Shown here: piece after piece, positions 62,233-64,000 of the stretch
Numbering within the stretch: the stretch's first letter is position 1
Layout: each line of letters begins with the position of its first letter
NCBI GenBank assembly: GCA_043228905.1
Contig: JBHGNT010000008.1
Span: forward strand, 7,068,001-7,132,000
DNA length: 64,000 bases
Direction: 5' to 3'
DNA from: Azolla caroliniana
Lineage: Eukaryota > Plantae > Polypodiophyta
Translations under genes and position numbers: made by a program
Notes under the pieces: model-generated
Databases searched by the model: none
Seen by the model: the letters and a program-made list of their open reading frames with translations, nothing else
What the model was told of the DNA's origin: nothing

Positions 62233-62584
62233 ATGATAACTGCATTCAAATCCTGGCTAGTCATGCATCCAACATGCTCTTTTCCCTCGGATTTGAACTG
62301 CTCTGTTTTCCAACCAGATGTTACCAGCTTTTTGTGCTCATCCAAGAACCTTCTCTATCATAATTATAACCTTAATAGAATTCAGTATCATAATCATAAG
62401 GAGAAGAAGAAGCTTTGTAATTGTTATACACTTGCCCGCCTTACCACAAGCTCAACTTCAGGCGGCGAGAAGAAAAGAACAAGCAAAGATGCATCCTTTC
62501 AATCTACAGATGTTGTTAGTTCTGTCACTAAATTATCTTCACCTTCAAGTATAGGGAAAGAACAAGCCCTCCTCTCAGAGCAAG
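62233..62584 (+). CDS. Probable first coding exon of a host gene (Ser/Thr/Lys-rich N-terminus, possible organellar transit peptide); later exons not identified
   Basis: aaaATG start, open frame to the donor-like CAAG|GTAAAC; upstream AAACCCTAA telo-boxes, UTR-like sequence and G-boxes. Confidence 0.45.
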
Positions 62585-64000
62585 GTAAACATTCTAACAG
62601 TTAATCTCCATCTCAAATATTCTCTTTCCCCAATATTCTTTCCTGCCTGATTTTTTTGATATTTTGCACACTATGGAGATGTCTTAAGTTTCTTTTATGT
62701 GTATAAAGGACATGCTATTCTGAGGATTTCTAAAGTCATTTACATGATGTATAAAGAGAAATGTTATTTCAGTCACATCCAAGGCCTCTTATCCGATGTA
62801 TAAATGCAATGCTATTCAATCTGGTCACATAGAAGGCCTTTTATGTGATGTATAAACGCAATGCCACCCATTCCGAGCACTATCAGGATTTGAACGTAAC
62901 ATTAGGAGCCTTTGTACCTGATGCAGAGCATATGATTGAGCCTACCTAGGTATGTGCTGAACCGTTTGCTGTAGTAGAAACTCATAAGGTTGAACATTGT
63001 GGTGAGAAACTTAGGTGCAAAGTGGGCTTGTTTGAATAATCATAGAGAAGCATGAGGGGTATGAGATCTGACTGCCCACATGGGAAAATGCTGTCTACAG
63101 AAGTACATGATGAGGGGAATGTTGTAGGCATAGTTGTAAAATACTTAGCATACAATACGTGCACTAAGTATTCTTCCTTTTCTTAATACTTAGCATACGT
63201 ATTCTAAAGGTAAAATATGTAGAATACCTTAGCTACCTAGAATACGCCCAATTAATTTCTCACATGGGAAAATTTGTCTGCATAAGTTCACAATGTCGAA
63301 CATTTTTGGAGAGGGAAAGTGTATAGTTCTATCTTTGCAGCCCCATCGTCCCCCTTGGAACTAGCTAAGTATGCTGTGGTTCCCCTCTGTAAGCGCATTA
63401 ACCACGAAAAATGAGTAAATATGTGATCTTTCCCATATGCGGAGCTTTCTAAAACGTCTTGCGCATGCTCTTTTCTCCCCTCGGAGGCTCTGTTGTATAT
63501 CATATCCTGATCTGATAAGTAGCATAATTATTGACAGTTAACTTAGTTATATGAGAGACTAGAAACAATACTGTGATCCATGGTGTCAGATTATGCACAA
63601 GATACAGCCATCCGTAGACAACATGTAGAAATGTATCCATGTCTCATTACCTTCAGTGCATGGGAGATGGAACATGTGGAAGAGGGAAGCCTGTAAGCAT
63701 GGAAGTACAACCTGTTCGTTGCAAAGCAGGTTTGATTCGGAAGTATTTTTGGACCATAGTGTCAAATATCAATTTCCTGGGTGTTAAAGCTATCCAGACT
63801 ATATGCTCATGGGGTTTCCTTGGGGCATAGCCATCCATTTCCGTCATGTACATTATCGATCCATGCCGCATTGGCTTGAGTTTCAAGAGCATGGAATGAT
63901 GAACTTGTGCAAGATGGATGCCATCCCATCATATATATGATCTATAGATCAGCTAAAATCACAATTATTCACGCTTTATTCTAATTGAGCTTATTTTACC

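Overview
This is eukaryotic genomic DNA, most likely from a non-seed land plant (inferred from the Tcn1-like and Phygy-like Ty3/gypsy elements), and it is mostly nested retrotransposons. 1-12.7 kb is AT-rich decayed repeat: local duplications, tRNA-like Pol III modules, a Copia RT remnant and a 5'-truncated LINE. 12.7-28.2 kb is a four-level nest: an internally deleted Gypsy (B) holds Copia A (13114-26612, TSD CATCA), which holds a chromovirus (C) and a polyA retro-insert, and C holds a solo LTR. 29.9-51.4 kb is a decayed chromovirus (F) whose 3' LTR is split by a 19.9-kb tandem array of one Copia family (E: 4 LTRs, 3 internal units, one CTTAC TSD). That array carries an intact, very young Gypsy (D, 33977-41052) with a tRNA-Trp PBS, a 4-bp TSD and a candidate -1 frameshift signal (GGATTTT-TAG plus an H-type pseudoknot) placed after the protease. 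56-64 kb holds an intronless 523-aa plant protein with EPTSP..TCIG and PPP..LLLMR motifs and the probable 5' end of a second gene with a G-box cluster. Coordinates and identities were read by eye; no alignments or database searches were run.
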